Assembly (NCBI GenBank): GCA_040954595.2
Contig: CM082596.2
Location: 11,152,454 to 11,216,453 of the forward strand
Source: Balanoglossus misakiensis
Lineage: Eukaryota > Animalia > Hemichordata
Direction of reading: 5' to 3'
Length of the DNA stretch: 64,000 nt
Shown here: positions 39,762 to 53,601 of the stretch, piece after piece
Layout of the letters: each line of letters begins with the position of its first letter
Numbering within the stretch: the first letter of the stretch is position 1
The notes under the pieces: model-generated
Databases searched by the model: none
What the model was told of the DNA's origin: nothing
What the model saw: only the letters and a program-made list of their open reading frames with translations
Program-made: the position numbers and the translations under genes

Positions 39762-41553
39762 GTAATGCAATTGCATAACAATTAATGGAAAAGGATATGG
39801 GTGCACTATATATTCTGACATTTCTATTTCATCAATATTATGGTCAGACATCAACATCCCTCATGCAGGCTAAATATGATAATATAAGGTTATTCACTAA
39901 TTATATTATATCATGCTACCGTCCACAATTCTGATTGGACGAGAGCTCAATCCAGCGATGATAAAATACTCAATAATGCACTGCTAAAACGGTGACCTTT
40001 GACCTAACCCAAGTAATATGTTGTAAAAAATGTGATATTTGCATAAATGTGTTATCGGGGAAACTTTTGCAATTTTTGTTAAAAATTGTTTTCTCTGAAA
40101 CCGCTTGTTCATATTGCATTGAACTTTGGCAGGCATGTTCCTTGTAGTGATTGAAGTAAGATGTTGTACAATTTGGTGATATTTGCATATTTGTGTTTTT
40201 GCCACTTTTGAACAAATATTTTCTGTGAAACTGCTTGTTGGATTGCTTTGAAATTGTTTTTTTCTCTGATTGCTTTGAAATTTAGGATATAATTACATAA
40301 CACATACATGTATATGTGCAACTTTTATTCAATTCTGATATCAGACATATTCAATATTTAGCGAATTTTTTGTAAGTTTCTTTGTTTTTGGGTAGCAAAT
40401 CTTCTCCTAAATTGTCCAGTTGTTTTGAAAGTTACTGTTTACAAGGAGTTGTTACCCCCAACTTAGACATGTTTACATAACTTTAATAGGCCAGCTGTTA
40501 CAGGGACCACTGGCTATTAAATTTTAATTACCAATGGCAGGTCAGTGTGTGTCTGTCTGTCTGTTCCAGGGCTGACTGAAAGAAGTTGCTTCTCATATGT
40601 GTTTGTACAGACAATTTTTGGTCAATTTTTTTTCTAGCACCACTTGTAAGACTGCCATGACACATGACAGTTTTTTGGGCATGTTCTTTGATAATTTTTT
40701 TACATTCCATATTTCTATATCGTAAGATCATATCTGCTTGCAATGTCACCTGTAATTTTTATTCTGGTGTGTCACTGTTTCTGCATAATCCTCAAATGGG
40801 ACCACAGTGTCCTTGATGCTATTTTTTTGTTTTGTGGAGGGGTAAACACAAGTCCTTTCAAAGATAATACACTGAATCAATGGCACTTTCTTTGGTGAAA
40901 TGGAAACAGCCACTCGTTTTGTAAATACTACATGTAATCATAGACCCTAGAGAAAAATTTTGCTGGTTTGTCTAGTGTACCAGGGCAGAATGCTTGCCAC
41001 CCCAACCCCACTGATGATAATATTTAACAAAGTAATACATAAAAGAGAATAATCGTTTAAACCATTTCGCATAACTGATAGTTTCATGCTCCATCTTTTA
41101 TATGCTGGAAGCTTTATAAATGATGTCATGATGAAGATGACGCCAAATCTTCTTACTTTGAGTGGAATGTCAAAATGAAAAATTGGTCCTCCCAAATATT
41201 GAGATGAATTTGCTTTTGAGTTCATAAAAATGCAACTTTGAGCTACATATTTTACAAAATTTTCTTATGTGGGACCATGTGTACCATGTCAGACATATTC
41301 CCACCCCACCCCTATTCTTACTTTGAGTGGAGTGGCGAAATCAAAATTTGTCCTGCCTAACATTGAGTTAGTTTGCTTTTGAGTTCATTAAAATGCAACT
41401 TTGAGCACCGTATTTTACAAAATTTTCTTATGTGGGAGGGGAACATCCCTCCCAGCACACCCCCGCCACTTTTCTTGTTTTAACAATTCTAGCAAGTATT
41501 GTATTGACTTGTCATTTTATTTTATTCATAGATTTCTTTATTGCAACGATATT

Positions 41554-44494
41554 TTATTTTATTTTATTTATTCTTTAATTCAGGCTGTATGCCCATACTG
41601 TAAAAAAAACAAACAAACAAACAAACAAAAAACATACAAAACAAACCCAGAAACAACTCCATAAAAGAAAGACACAAAAGAAAAAAAAATCCCAAAAACT
41701 TAATAAAGAACAACCCTGCAATGCCCCCAGAATGTAGATAAAAAGTAAGAGTCAGTCTGTATACAGCTGCGGATAACCGGGTTACCGCTTTTTTGTAAGC
41801 GTTGGCAAAAGGAAAAAACCAATTTTCGATGTAGCGAGGTGAAGTTCAAAATATTCCTACTTACAAAGTTATGACTTATGCTTACATCGCGTTTCAGATT
41901 AAAAATCAATCTTAAGGCATTGTTATACGCAACTTTTAAAGTAGACATTTGTTTGACATTGTAGTTACACCACACGTTAAGACAATAAACACTATATAAA
42001 AAACTTTTAAAAAGAGTACACTTCACCTTATGTGAGCAATGGCCAAAATTACGCAAAATAAAATTAGCTCTAGCATAAAAGCAACGAAGCTGCCACTGCA
42101 TATCAGCATCATCCATACCCGAAGAGGACATAATATAGCCAAGATACTTTTTTTTGTACATACATACTTAAGAGGTTTACCATACAAATATACACAAGAT
42201 ATTCTGTGTGCTTTCCAAGACTTTGGGAAAATTGCCATACACTATGTCTTTGCAGTATGAAAAATAATATCATGCTCATTTCCATAAAGTTCACAAATGT
42301 TACTCAGTTTCTGTAATGCTTTGACCGACGGACAAATCAAGACTAAATCGTCTGCATAGAACAAATGGTTAACAATGGTATTAGCTAGGTAACAGCCAAC
42401 CCCGGCTGATTGCAGCTGACCGCTTAAATCATCTACATATATAGCGAACAGTTTGGGTGAAAGAATACTTCCTTGCCGTACACCGTTAATAACACTGAAG
42501 GAATTAGAAATTACAGATGCCCAGCGCACAGAAAAGCATTGATTACTATACCAATATTGTAAAATACGAATAATAAAAAGAGGTATCTTGCAGTTAATCA
42601 ATTTTCTAAACAAAGTCCAGTGGTTGACCCTATCAAAAGCTTTCGTAGCATCCATAAAACAGAGGTAAACTGGCGTATTATGCCTCTTATAAAAGTCAAC
42701 AATTTCTTTGAGAACAAAGATACACATGTCGGTAGAGTGATTACTTTAAAACCAAACTGTAAATTGATTGTATCTAAGAGTGAATCAATACGAGATAGAA
42801 TACAAAGTTCCAGAACTTTCGAGATGGCCGTGACAATTGCAATGGGCCTATAATTATCCACAGAAGTAAGATCTTTGGATTTATCCTTCACAATAGGACA
42901 AATAATGGCGTGCATTAAAGTCTCGGGTAAATAACCATGTGTAAAAAAACTAGTAAAACATAAACTCAACATAACGCAAATGATTGGACTTGCATACATG
43001 AGATGTTAAGCACCAAGACCATCATAGCCCAATGCCTTTCCCTTCTCAAGCTTATCAATACACCCTTTTAGTTCCATTGCAGTAACAACCATGGCATTGT
43101 TGTGGGAACCAGTTTCTTTTAACGATGACAGTACAAATGCCCTATCACGACAGTTCGAAACAGAATTCAACAAACTTTCATAATGTTGTTTCCACATATC
43201 GGCAACATTTTCATGACCGGTGCAGCCACCTACACTGGTCGGAAGCGAAGATAAACAACCACGAGTGGTATGTACAGACTGCCAAAACTTACGTGTACCC
43301 CCCTGCGTCAAGTTGTTGGCCAAAGACTGGGCCCTGGCTAGGTTTTCATCTCTTCTACACGCCCGTAAAACCGACTTAAATTTTGCACGAGTTCTGCGCA
43401 TGAGATCAAAGAGCGGGCCAAACCTAGGCCTGCCATTAGCAGCCCATAATTTAAATGCATCACGAGCGGCATTGTGAAAATCACGTACATGATCATTCCA
43501 ACCTGGAACAGTTTTAAAACCCAACCCCTCTGCCTTCGAAGCAGGAATGCAGTTCAACGCAGCTGATTTTAGAGAAGTAACAATATTCGAATACAAAGAA
43601 TTTAGACTGCTAATGTGATCTATATTCTTACAGTTAGGATCTCGACATACAAGAGCAACATTTGGGATATCCAGTCTACGGAGTAAGCACTCCGTCATAT
43701 GATCATAAGCAGACAAGTTCCTGGGCGTCGCTTTACTCCAGTTAGGCTTCGCATGAGCATTGGTAACATTTTGTGGAATCGGATCTGTATGTACTAACCC
43801 AACAATATCAATATTTACAGAAAGAGGAAAATGGTCAGAGGACACATAATCATACAAAATACCAATACTAGAAATAGCATTATGTACTGCATGGGTGCTC
43901 AAAATATGGTCCAACCCACCTGTACTACCATGTGCATCACTAACGAATGTAAAATTATCATTGCATCTACCAAGCTTTTCAACATCGGAGATATACAAAT
44001 TATGTTCTTTACAAAAAATATCAAGCTCCCTAGCAAATATTGTACCAAAGTTAGCATTAAAATCGCCAAGAATTATACCATTCGTTGTGTCAATATCATT
44101 AATAATGCAATTAATTTTTGCCAAATAATTCATATAAGTGTCATAATTTTCTCCAGAACAGGTCGGAAGGTACGCACATAAAATAAAATTTTTTCCAGAA
44201 GATGTAACAATATCAGCACCTAAAAGTCTTGTATCATCTAAATATTTTATTGAAAAGTTTTGTCCCAAGGATTTACGCCACATGATTGCAACTCCACCAA
44301 ATGGACGCCCGATGCGAATTCCACAGTCATCTTGAATGGCAGAAATACCACATGCATTAAAGCCTTTGTGAATACTCGACAGAAGAGGTAGTTCCGCTTC
44401 CGCAGGCAGTGTTCTTGAACGAGTATAACATCATGATCGTTACAGAGAGACATAATAGAGTCTACTGATGACTTTATGCCACGACAGTTATATG
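41554..44494 (-). mobile_element. APE-RT non-LTR retrotransposon, ORF2 only, frameshifted (clade uncertain, RTE-X/CR1 group)
   Basis: Minus-strand APE motifs (YNCRGIKSS, ILVQEH, ILGDFNA, SDHFPL) and RT motifs (NYRPI, KAFDRVNHW, GVRQGSILSP, FYADD) split across ORFs 44247, 43006, 42598, 42242 and 41700. A-rich tail at 41554-41575. Short TATT duplication; empty site in copy B at ~54708. Confidence 0.9.
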
Positions 44495-44585
44495 TATTAT
44501 TATAAGAAATTTATAATTGAGGTGTGAGGAGCCTCATTCCCTTTATTGCATACAGTGTACATAGGATGAGGACAGCAGATGTTTT

Positions 44586-44733
44586 CAGCGTGGGGGGGGT
44601 CATCATATTTTTGGGTCTGTCAAAGGGGGGTCATCATTTTTTGGTGCTGGGTGAAGGGGGGGGGCGTCGGTCTGATTTTGAAAACCGATGACTCAAACTT
44701 GCCGACCCCCAGCCGTAAAAACTGAACGGTCCC
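44586..44733. mobile_element. Degenerate Harbinger-like MITE remnant (second copy ~54800-54920)
   Basis: G-runs with gggggtcatc subterminal motifs ending ccgtaaaaactgaacggtccc|taa. Only one terminus is recognisable. Confidence 0.4.
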
Positions 44734-44874
44734 TAAGTATTAGGAAGGTTCCAATGCATGTCACTGGGCATGAATGTGCAAGGCTAGGTGTACTGTTTTG
44801 TTTTGTTTTGTATTTTGTTTTAATCTTAAAAATTGTGCTCCATGAATTTTAATGTGAAATTGTTTTCATACTAG

Positions 44875-47629
44875 GATGAAAAAGAAACTGAGAACTAAAT
44901 ATGGCATTCGTGACACTTATAATCCACTAATGGAACTGGAATCATTTGATAATGGCTGGTGGGTTACATTATACACATGACTGGTGGTAAGGTAAGCATT
45001 TGTTTGCATCCATGGATGACCACTTATAACATACCAATGTTCACATCCTCTTGAAAATTCAAGGTCATTGTAAGTGTAAACTTACAGTTGAAATATTAAT
45101 TACCTTTATGTGTTTTCAACTGTACATTTAGATCTCTTTTGAGAAACTACATAACATTGAATTGGGAATAGTAAAAATATTTACCCAATTAACATTTGAA
45201 GTGATTGGAGCTCATGATAAACTGGAAATAGAGCACAAATTAAAGGTAAGAAATTTAGTATAATTTAGTATTTAATTTTCTTTAAATGATGAATCAGAAG
45301 TTTTATTCATACTATGTTACAATACTGGAACAAAGTCCATTGTATTTGCTTGTGCATCATGTAAATGTGCTGACAATTCAATCGCCCGTGTATAAATCAA
45401 TATTGTAATTGACATTATGGTTTAATTGGCAATATGTATTTACAGACCAGTTTCATTATTACGTTAGGTATTTGATTGGACAGCTTTCAAACGAACTCTA
45501 TCCCCATCATTTGTATACAAACACAAGTCGTTTATCGGAAGGGACTTCAAGTTGTGGGCCCAGGTGGCCCCATTCATACTGGCTTCTCACGTACCACCTG
45601 AGTATCTACGATTGTGGCACCTCATCAGTGAGGTAGGTTATAACATTAACTTTATCATTTGTTTTAGAGATTACATTTAAGTTTGATATTTAGCTCCCAT
45701 TTTTTGAAAATGCCATGTGTATCACTAATTGTATATAAAGTTACTTGGGTATCTGGTTATGGCTGTAGAGCTGTGAAAATCTGAAGCAAAACTATTATAT
45801 ACTTGTGTGTGTATTTCTCATGGTGAAATCGGAAATGATTTATGAAGAATTTCCTTTTGTGAAAGTATCAAAATAATTATATTTTTATGACGCCTCTCTT
45901 CTTTCACTTGACATAGGTTTTTGTACTTGTGCATAGAGGTAGACGAACAACATGTCAGAGAAATGCAAGGATTGGTTGATAACCTGATCAGTGAAGTGAA
46001 GAAAGTGTTTCCTTCAACTTTGAAACCTAAGCATTTATGAAATATTTACCTTAATTTAAATTGTGGTCTTTGGTTATTTTGGGTTCCATTTGTTCCACTG
46101 TCTGACTAGTTTCATAATGAATTAGTTGTGAGATGCCCAGCAGATGCTTCATGTATCAATTGACAAGTTGTTGAAAGGTAAACAATACAAAAATAATATA
46201 TGAAGATTTTTTTAAATTTTCCCCTTCTCAGATGTGAATCGTTAATGGGCTTGGTCAGGGTCAGGTATTTATTTACCAATCACCACAATCCATCTAGAGA
46301 TCTGGCCGTAAGTTTTGATAGACTTCAACAGATTCATCACATACTTCAATGTGGATTTTGGAAAGACTGATGGAGATTACAGGTAAGGACTTACCTATTT
46401 ACAGTTATTAAAAGTAAGCATGGCAATTAGTCACAAAGATTTATTGATGGGAAGACTGTGTTTGGCAAACTGGCTGACTAATCTATTTATTGCAAGGAAT
46501 GGTCAGTATGTACAGGAAAATGCATTTTATATCATTTTGATATCAAAAGTACACTAGTCAAAAATGTTAGATGTACAGGAATAAGTTTATTATTACTGTA
46601 CAACATGAAGTATGCCTGTAAACATTAATACTGCAGTGACTTATGCATGCTTCTCACTATTTTGGTATTGGCCCAGTATTCTTTAAAATCACCAGGAATG
46701 ATGTTTTGAACATTTTTTTTATTAGTATGATAGTTAAGTTTTTTGTTATCATTTTAAATTCTATTCTCAGATGCTGTGGAAACTCAGTAAAAATGAATAG
46801 GTGACCAGAACTCCAGAAGTTTCTATATGGTAATAACAAAAGTAGAAGCTATCTGAAAGGTGACTTGAGAAAGGTAAGTTTGCAGCTACAATCTCCACTT
46901 ATAAACAATGACCATGGGGAAATGTACCATACTAAAATAGCAGAATCCGTGGACTTTAGCATGCATCCTGTGCCGTATACCGGTACAGACGGTATTTTCA
47001 TGAGTGATGTAGTGTATTCTGTGCCAGTCATGATTCACTTGTTCATTAGTGAAAATAACTTCAGTACAGCACAGATCACACACAGAGAGTTCTGCTATTA
47101 TTGCATATGTTCCCTCAGATTTCACAAAAATTAATGTGCAGGAATCTATCATATACACCTGACTCTATTCAATATAAAAATTTGTGAGTGTGTTGATAAT
47201 TTTCACACATTTGAGTGGTTTAAAGAATAATAGACAGTAATGAAATATTTTTACAGCTGCAAGCTGGCATGGCACATGTAAAGCATCCATAGAGGAGGAA
47301 ACAGCCAACAATGACATGGACAGGTAATGTCACAATTCCATTGTGTCACATTAAGGTTGAACGCGCAGTGTTTTACAATGCTGTTCATTTATCACTTTCA
47401 CTTTAAACAGCTACTGTAAACTTATTAAAACCATGGTTTATGTGATAAATTTGTGATATGTCTGCAGATACAGTTTTTAAATGTGTTACATTCCGACTTT
47501 TAAGTGTTGTTGTTTTTTCCTGATTGTGCAACAACAGATGTCAGGCCAAGAGAGTTCAAAGCAGTGCAAGCAGAAAATGGTATTGGAAACAGAGGTGCTT
47601 TTCTGAGCTATACAACGTCTTCCAGAGAG
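44875..47629 (+). pseudogene. Spliced degenerate EnSpm/CACTA (CMC superfamily)-like transposase, C-terminal half
   Basis: GT-AG exons translate to TKYGI.DTYNPLMELESFD; FEKLH.IELGIVK; HKSFIGRDFKLWAQVAPFIL; RCESLMGLVRVRYLFTNHHNPSRDLAVSF; RCCGNSVK..PELQKFLYG; FKAVQAENG. This copy lacks the KIHMLLH..GP..TER segment (deletion at ~46031). Stops and frameshifts are present. Confidence 0.65.
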
Positions 47630-48316
47630 GTTATGCAATTGCATAACAATTAATGGAAAAGGATATGGGTGCACTATATGTTCTGACATTTCTATTTCAT
47701 CAATATTATGGTCAGAGATCAACATCCCTCATGCAGGCTAAATATGATAATATAAGGTTATTCACTAATTATATTATATCATGCTACTGTCCACAATTCT
47801 GATTGGACGAGAGCTCAATCCAGCGATGATAAAAAACTCAATAATGCACTGCTAAAACGGTGACCTTTGACCTAACCCAAGTAATATGTTGTAAAAAAAT
47901 GTGATATTTGCATAAATGTGTTATCGGGGAAACTTTTGCAATTTTTGTTAAAAATTGTTTTCTCTGAAACCGCTTGTCATATTGCATTGAACTTTGGCAG
48001 GCATGTTCCTTGTAGTGATTGAAGTAAGATATTGTACAATGATACTTGCATATTTGTGTTTTTGCCACTTTTTAACAAATATTTTCTGTGAAACTGCTTG
48101 TTGGATTGCTTTGATATTGTTTTTTTTCTCTGATTGCTTTGAAATTTAGGATATAATTACATAACACATACATGAATATGTGCAACTTTTATTCAATTCT
48201 GATATCAGAAATATTCAATATTTAGCGAATTTTTTGTAAGTTTCTCTGTTTTTGGTTAGCAAATCTTCTCCTAAATTGTCCAGTTGTTTTGAAAGTTACT
48301 GTTTACAAGGTGTTGT

Positions 48317-48862
48317 TGTGGCTGAAGCCATGCAAAAACAAAAGAATTTCGTATTTTAATATTGAGGGATATGCACGAACGGTTTGTTGTTTAAAACCTT
48401 ACTCCATAAAAATAGTTCCATATTTTGTTACGAGTTTCGATATTGCAGACTTTTGATTTTCACGATGAAAGATGTTGTGACTTTATGTGTACCTTTGAAG
48501 GTCATTGTGAACACATCGACAAACCATATTTCGCACAAAAGTTTTACAAGTAGTCCATCTACGAATGTCATATCACTACACATTTGCACCTCGTTTTTTC
48601 GATTTCGCTATGGGACGGTGAAGTACACCCTCGTCTCTCGTTTCGTACCCTTCGATATTTCATTCGTATTTCAAAACTTCCCGACCACAAGGCTTTACAA
48701 GTCGCCAGCAAGTTTTTACTGTGACCGCCAACGCTTTTCCGAAATATTCAAAAGTCAGAGTCGAGTTTCCATGTATGGGTCTTCTGTTTATTATCGATAA
48801 ATCGATCGAGTGATCGCTGAATGCGATCGTACGAGACTGTACACAATAGTCGAAAGCAGACT
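48317..48862 (+). repeat. 5' LTR (rearranged, 3' end lost)
   Basis: Matches 53020-53467 directly, then carries the next ~100 bp in inverted orientation. No PBS or gag follows. Confidence 0.85.
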
Positions 48863-48870
48863 GCTATGGT

Positions 48871-51800
48871 GTGACTTGCCCACGGGGAAAGTCTATTTCG
48901 TCGATGATCATTCCAGTGTGGATTTCTGGATACAAAGAACCGAACAGAGAGATTCTAGTGTACGCGCTGTTGGACACACAGTCAGATACTACTTTCGTGT
49001 TGGATCATGTCGCTGAACAGCTACACACAGCATCTGAGCCAGCAAACCTTCGTATGACAACCATGACAATGAGCAACAAGGTTGTTGCCTGTCACAAATA
49101 TCGCACACTCAGAGTTCGCGGATTTGACTGTGACAAAATAGTTCCGTTGCCCACTACGTATTCGCTTGATTACATTCCAGTGGAAAAATCGTACATTCTG
49201 ACTCGTGATATGGCCAATGGGTGGCCTCATCTTAGAGAAATCGCTACTTATATTCATCCTCAACAGAAATGTGAAGTTGGTCTGTTGATAGGTTATGATT
49301 GTCCTCAAGCCCTAGCACCTCGTAGCTGTGTCACAGGCAGTGGAAATCAGCCATTCGCAGTAGAGACGGACTTAGGATGGAGCATCGTCGGACATCTTAC
49401 ACATCGAGATGAAAGGGAAGATGTCTTCAGTTTTACCCATAGAGTACTTACAAAGGTGATACCAGACGGTCTACAACCAGGTGTAGACAGTCAGCAGAGA
49501 CTTCGTATGGAAGAGTCTCATTCGTCGGCAGTTCGTTATGCCTTTAAGACTTCAGCCAAGGAGCAAGTCCTCAACCCTTTGGACGTGGTGAGAATTCTCG
49601 AATCGGACTTCAACGAACAAAGAGTTGAAGAAACCGCCATGTCTCAGGACGACATTCGATTTTTAAAGATCATGGAAAATGGTATTTCAAAAGAACCAGA
49701 TGGATTCTATACAATGCCACTTCCATTCAGACAGGATAAACCAGCGCTCCCAAACAACAGATGTATAGCGCAGCAGAGACTTCAGTACTTGAAAAGGCGC
49801 TTCAAGTCAAACCCAAAGTATCTGAACGACTACAGAAACGTCATGGAAGACATTATTGCGACAGGAGATGCGGAACTGGTCGACGACCAGAATATAGATG
49901 ATGGATCAATGTGGTATATTCCACACCATGGGGTGTATCACCCTAAAAAAACCGACAAGATTCGTGTCGTGTTCGATTGTAGTGCGAGGTTCAAGGGAAC
50001 GAGCCTCAACGATCATTTGTTGCAGGGACCGGATCAGATAAATTCCCTCATTGGTGTACTTTGTCGTTTTCGCATAGAGAACATCGCAGTCATGTGTGAC
50101 ATCGAGCATATGTTCCACAGATTTAGAGTCAAGAAAGATGACAGAAACTATCTCCGATTTCTTTGGTGGAGAGATGGTAATGTCGACTACGAACCAGTTA
50201 CCTACAGGATGAACGTTCACCTATTCGGCGCTGTGTCCTCACCAGGATGCGCAAACTACGGTCTTCGACAAGTGGCCAAGGACAACCCACAGCACAGGAA
50301 GAGCGCTGTAGACTTCGTCGCAAAGAATTTCTATGTTGATGATGGTCTCCATAGTCTCGAGACGGCATCAGAGGCTGTCCAACTTATACAGGATGTCCGC
50401 AACCTTTGCGCAGAAGGAAATTTACGTCTGCACAAGTTCATATCGAATGACAGAACTACGATGGAATCTGTCCCTATTTCATAGCGTGCCAAAAACGTCA
50501 AGGATTTGGATTTGTCGTTCAGTGAGCTACCAATGGAAAGAGCACTTGGAATCGAGTGGCGCGTTGAGTCAGACTCGTTCCATTTTTCGCCTATCATCAA
50601 GATGCACTCGCCTTCTCGTCGTGGAATACTTTCGGCAGAAGCATCTGTTTTCGATCCTCTCGGATTTCTCGCACCTTTCGTACTTCGAGGAAAACGGATC
50701 TTGCAAGAGATGTGCAAGAAAGGAACCGATTGGGATGATCCCTTGCCAGACGATTTACGTCCGAGGTCGGAATCATGGCTTGCTGAGTTGCCCAAGCTAG
50801 ACGACTTGAAGATAAGAAGATGCTTCAAGCCGCAACATTTCAGACCAGTGAAGAAAGTTGAGCTTCACCATTTCTCGGATGCCAGCCTGACAGGTTATGG
50901 TCAGTGTTCGTATATCAGACTAGTCGACAGTCTAGATAATATTCATTGTTCGCTCGTGATGGGAAAGGCTAGAGTCGCCCCTTTGAAACCCATTACTGTT
51001 CCCCGATTGGAACTACAAGCTGCTGTTGTTTCTATACAGGTCAGCAATCTACTGAACAAAGAGTTGGATTACCCATTGATGGAGAACTTCTACTGGACAG
51101 AGTCGAAAGTGGTACTCGGCTACATAGGAAATGATGTTCGTCGCTTCCACATATATGTTGCGAATCGTATACAAAGAATTAAAGAATCATCTCAGCCAGA
51201 GCAGTGGCACTTTGTCCACACTGAGGAAAACCCTGCAGATCATGCATCTCGTGGACTCGGTGTTGATGGACTGATGAAATCCAATTTGTCTAGAGGTCCT
51301 GCCTTTTTGTGGGACAAAGAGCTTCCTCTGTCCACTCGGGTAGACGCACAGGTGTCAGCAGATGACCCCGAGGTAAAGAATACCAGAACATTGATGACTT
51401 CCTCGACTGCAACGTCATCCATGTTACATCGTGTAGAGCGATTTTCCGATTGGAACAAGGTTGTAGGAGCATTCGCCACCTTGTATCGCTATGTATCCGG
51501 GAAGGGAAAGCGAAAGGAAATCGCTTCCGGAGGAACAAGACAGAGAGCTACCATGGCCATCGTGGCATGGGCCCAACAGGAAGCTTTTAAAGAAGAAATA
51601 GAGTCATTGAAATCTCGCACGTCAGAAGATAGTGAACCCTCGATAGTGAAACGTAACAGTCACCTGTACCCATTGAACCCATACCTAGATGATCAGCAGA
51701 TACTCAGAGTTGGAAGCAGACTGAGTAGATCCTCCATGCCTGACTATGTCAAGCACCCTATTATTCTACCTCGAAAGAGTCACGTGACTACACTGCTTAT

Positions 51801-52910
51801 CAGATGGTGTCATGAGCAAGTGGCCCACCAGGGACGTGGTATTACAGTGAACAAACTCAGATCGTGTGGATTCTGGATTATCAACTGCAATGCAGCAGTC
51901 GCTTCGTATATACACAAGTGTGTTCAGTGTAGGAAACTCAGAGGCAAAGCCAACACACAGAGAATGGCAGATTTTCCCAAAGATCATCTCGAGCCATCGC
52001 CGCCATTTACCTATTGTGGAATGGACTGCTTTGGACCTTTCGTCGTCAAGGAACGTCGCAGTGATGTGAAACGATATGGTGTCATTTTCACCTGCCTAGC
52101 GCTTCGAGCCATACACATAGAGGTTGTCGAAGAAATGTCAACCGATGCATTTCTGAATTCGCTTCGCACATTCATCGCTATCAGAGGCCCCGTACGACAC
52201 TTGCGTTGTGATCGGGGATCCAATTTTGTAGGAGCCAGGAATGAGCTTCAGCTTGGATTGCAAGCTCTCCATGAAGGAAGAATCAAAGATGTGTTATCCA
52301 AATGACAGTGTGAATTTGTTTTCAATTCACCCTCCTCGAGTCATATGGGAGGCGTTTGGGAACGTCAATAACGGTCGGTTTGTCTCTTCGTACTCTGATG
52401 TATGAAGCAATGGCGATTGTGAATAGTCGACCCTTATCAGCAGAGAACTTGAACGACCCTACTGGACCGATGCCTCTTACTCCAAATCAGCTGCTGACTA
52501 TGAAATCGGATGTGATTTTGCCACCGCCAGGCAACTTCGTCAGAGAAGATCTGTATGCCAGGAAAGGATGGTGTTCTGTTCATATCTTGCGAACGAGTTT
52601 TGGACAAGATGGCGTAAGGAATACTTACAGAATCTACAGGCCAGACAGAAGTGGCAGGAAACGAAGAGAAACCTTGAAGTTGGAGATATTGTACTTCTTA
52701 AGGAAGATGATGCTGTGAGAAATCAGTGGAGACTTGCGAAAGTGATAGACACTTTGCGCGATGATGATTGTTTGATACGTAGAGTCACTATCCTTGTGGG
52801 GATCCCAACCTCTCGAAACAAGGTAAGAATGTAGACAAGGCAACAATTTTAGAAAGGCCTATTCATAAGCTTGTTGTATTGGTAGAAAATCCTGAAGCAG
52901 AGAAATGCTA
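48871..52910 (+). pseudogene. pol: BEL/Pao pol: aspartic protease, RT, RNase H (peptidase A17-type region), integrase
   Basis: ALLDTQSDTTF; WYIPHHGVYHPKK..KIRVVFD; FYVDDGL; LHHFSDAS..GYG; HEQVAH..CVQC; DCFGP; DRGSNF; FWTRWRKEYL. In-frame stops at 50484 and 52305, with a deletion and frameshifts in integrase. Confidence 0.93.
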
Positions 52911-53019
52911 AGGTAAGTTGTTTTCAGTGACACGGGAGAGCTGAGAAATAGCTTGGACGTATTAGGTAGTTGTTTTCAGTATTTCGATTAGGTAAAATCA
53001 ATGTGATTTTAGGGGGGAG

Positions 53020-53601
53020 TGTGGCTGAAGCCATGCAAAAACAAAAGAATTTCGTATTTTAATATTGAGGGATATGCACGAACGGTTTGTTGTTTAAAAC
53101 CTTACTCCAGAAAAATATTTCCATATTTTGTTACGAGTTTCGATATTGTAGACTTTTGATTTTCACAGAGAAAGATGTTGTGACTTTATGTGTACCTTTG
53201 AAGGTCATTGTGAACACATCGACAAACCATATTTCGCACAAAAGTTTTACAAGTAGTCCATCTACGATTGTCATATCACTACACATTTGCACCTCGTGTT
53301 TTTGACTTTGCTATGGGACGGTGAAGTACGCCCTCGTCTCTCGTTTCGTACCCTTCAATATTTCATTCGTATTTCGAAACTTCCCGACCACAAAGCTTTA
53401 CAAGTCGCCAGTGAGTTTTTACTGTGACCGCCAAAGCTTTTCCGAAAGATTCAAAAGTCAGAGTCGAAGTCTTTCGACTATTGTGTACAGTCTCGTACGA
53501 TCGCATTCAGCGATCAGTCGATCGATTTATCTATAATAAACCGAAGACCCGTACATGGAAACTCGACTTTTGAATATTTCGGAAAAGCTTTGGCGGTCAC
53601 A
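53020..53601 (+). repeat. 3' LTR (582 bp) with terminal inverted-repeat hairpin
   Basis: Follows the PPT and ends TCACA. AATAAA at 53535-53540. Arm 53423-53467 pairs with 53563-53601. Confidence 0.92.

Larger units (their letters stand above)
37662..46840. repeat. ~5-kb tandem unit, copy A (expanded by two LINE insertions)
   Basis: agtagaagctat.tgaaaggt at 37662 recurs at 46841. Paired ORFs: 37670/46849, 40947/54104, 45409/55584. Confidence 0.9.
48317..53601 (+). mobile_element. BEL/Pao LTR retrotransposon, gag-deleted and degenerate
   Basis: TGT...ACA ends; 5-bp TSD GTTGT (48312-48316, 53602-53606); LTRs offset by 4703 bp; PPT aggggggag at 53011-53019; empty site in copy A (~40448). Confidence 0.95.

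Noticed and set aside
39886-40430. Possible Crypton-like end (ctgattggacgagagc) and Helentron-like repeat fragment (gacctttgacct, ttctctgaaaccgcttg)
   Set aside because: Resembles common invertebrate interspersed repeats, but no paired termini or target site could be established by eye.
41149-41436. ~170-bp direct duplication (also at ~54308-54595)
   Set aside because: Two diverged copies inside the 5-kb unit with no further structure; an ordinary local duplication.
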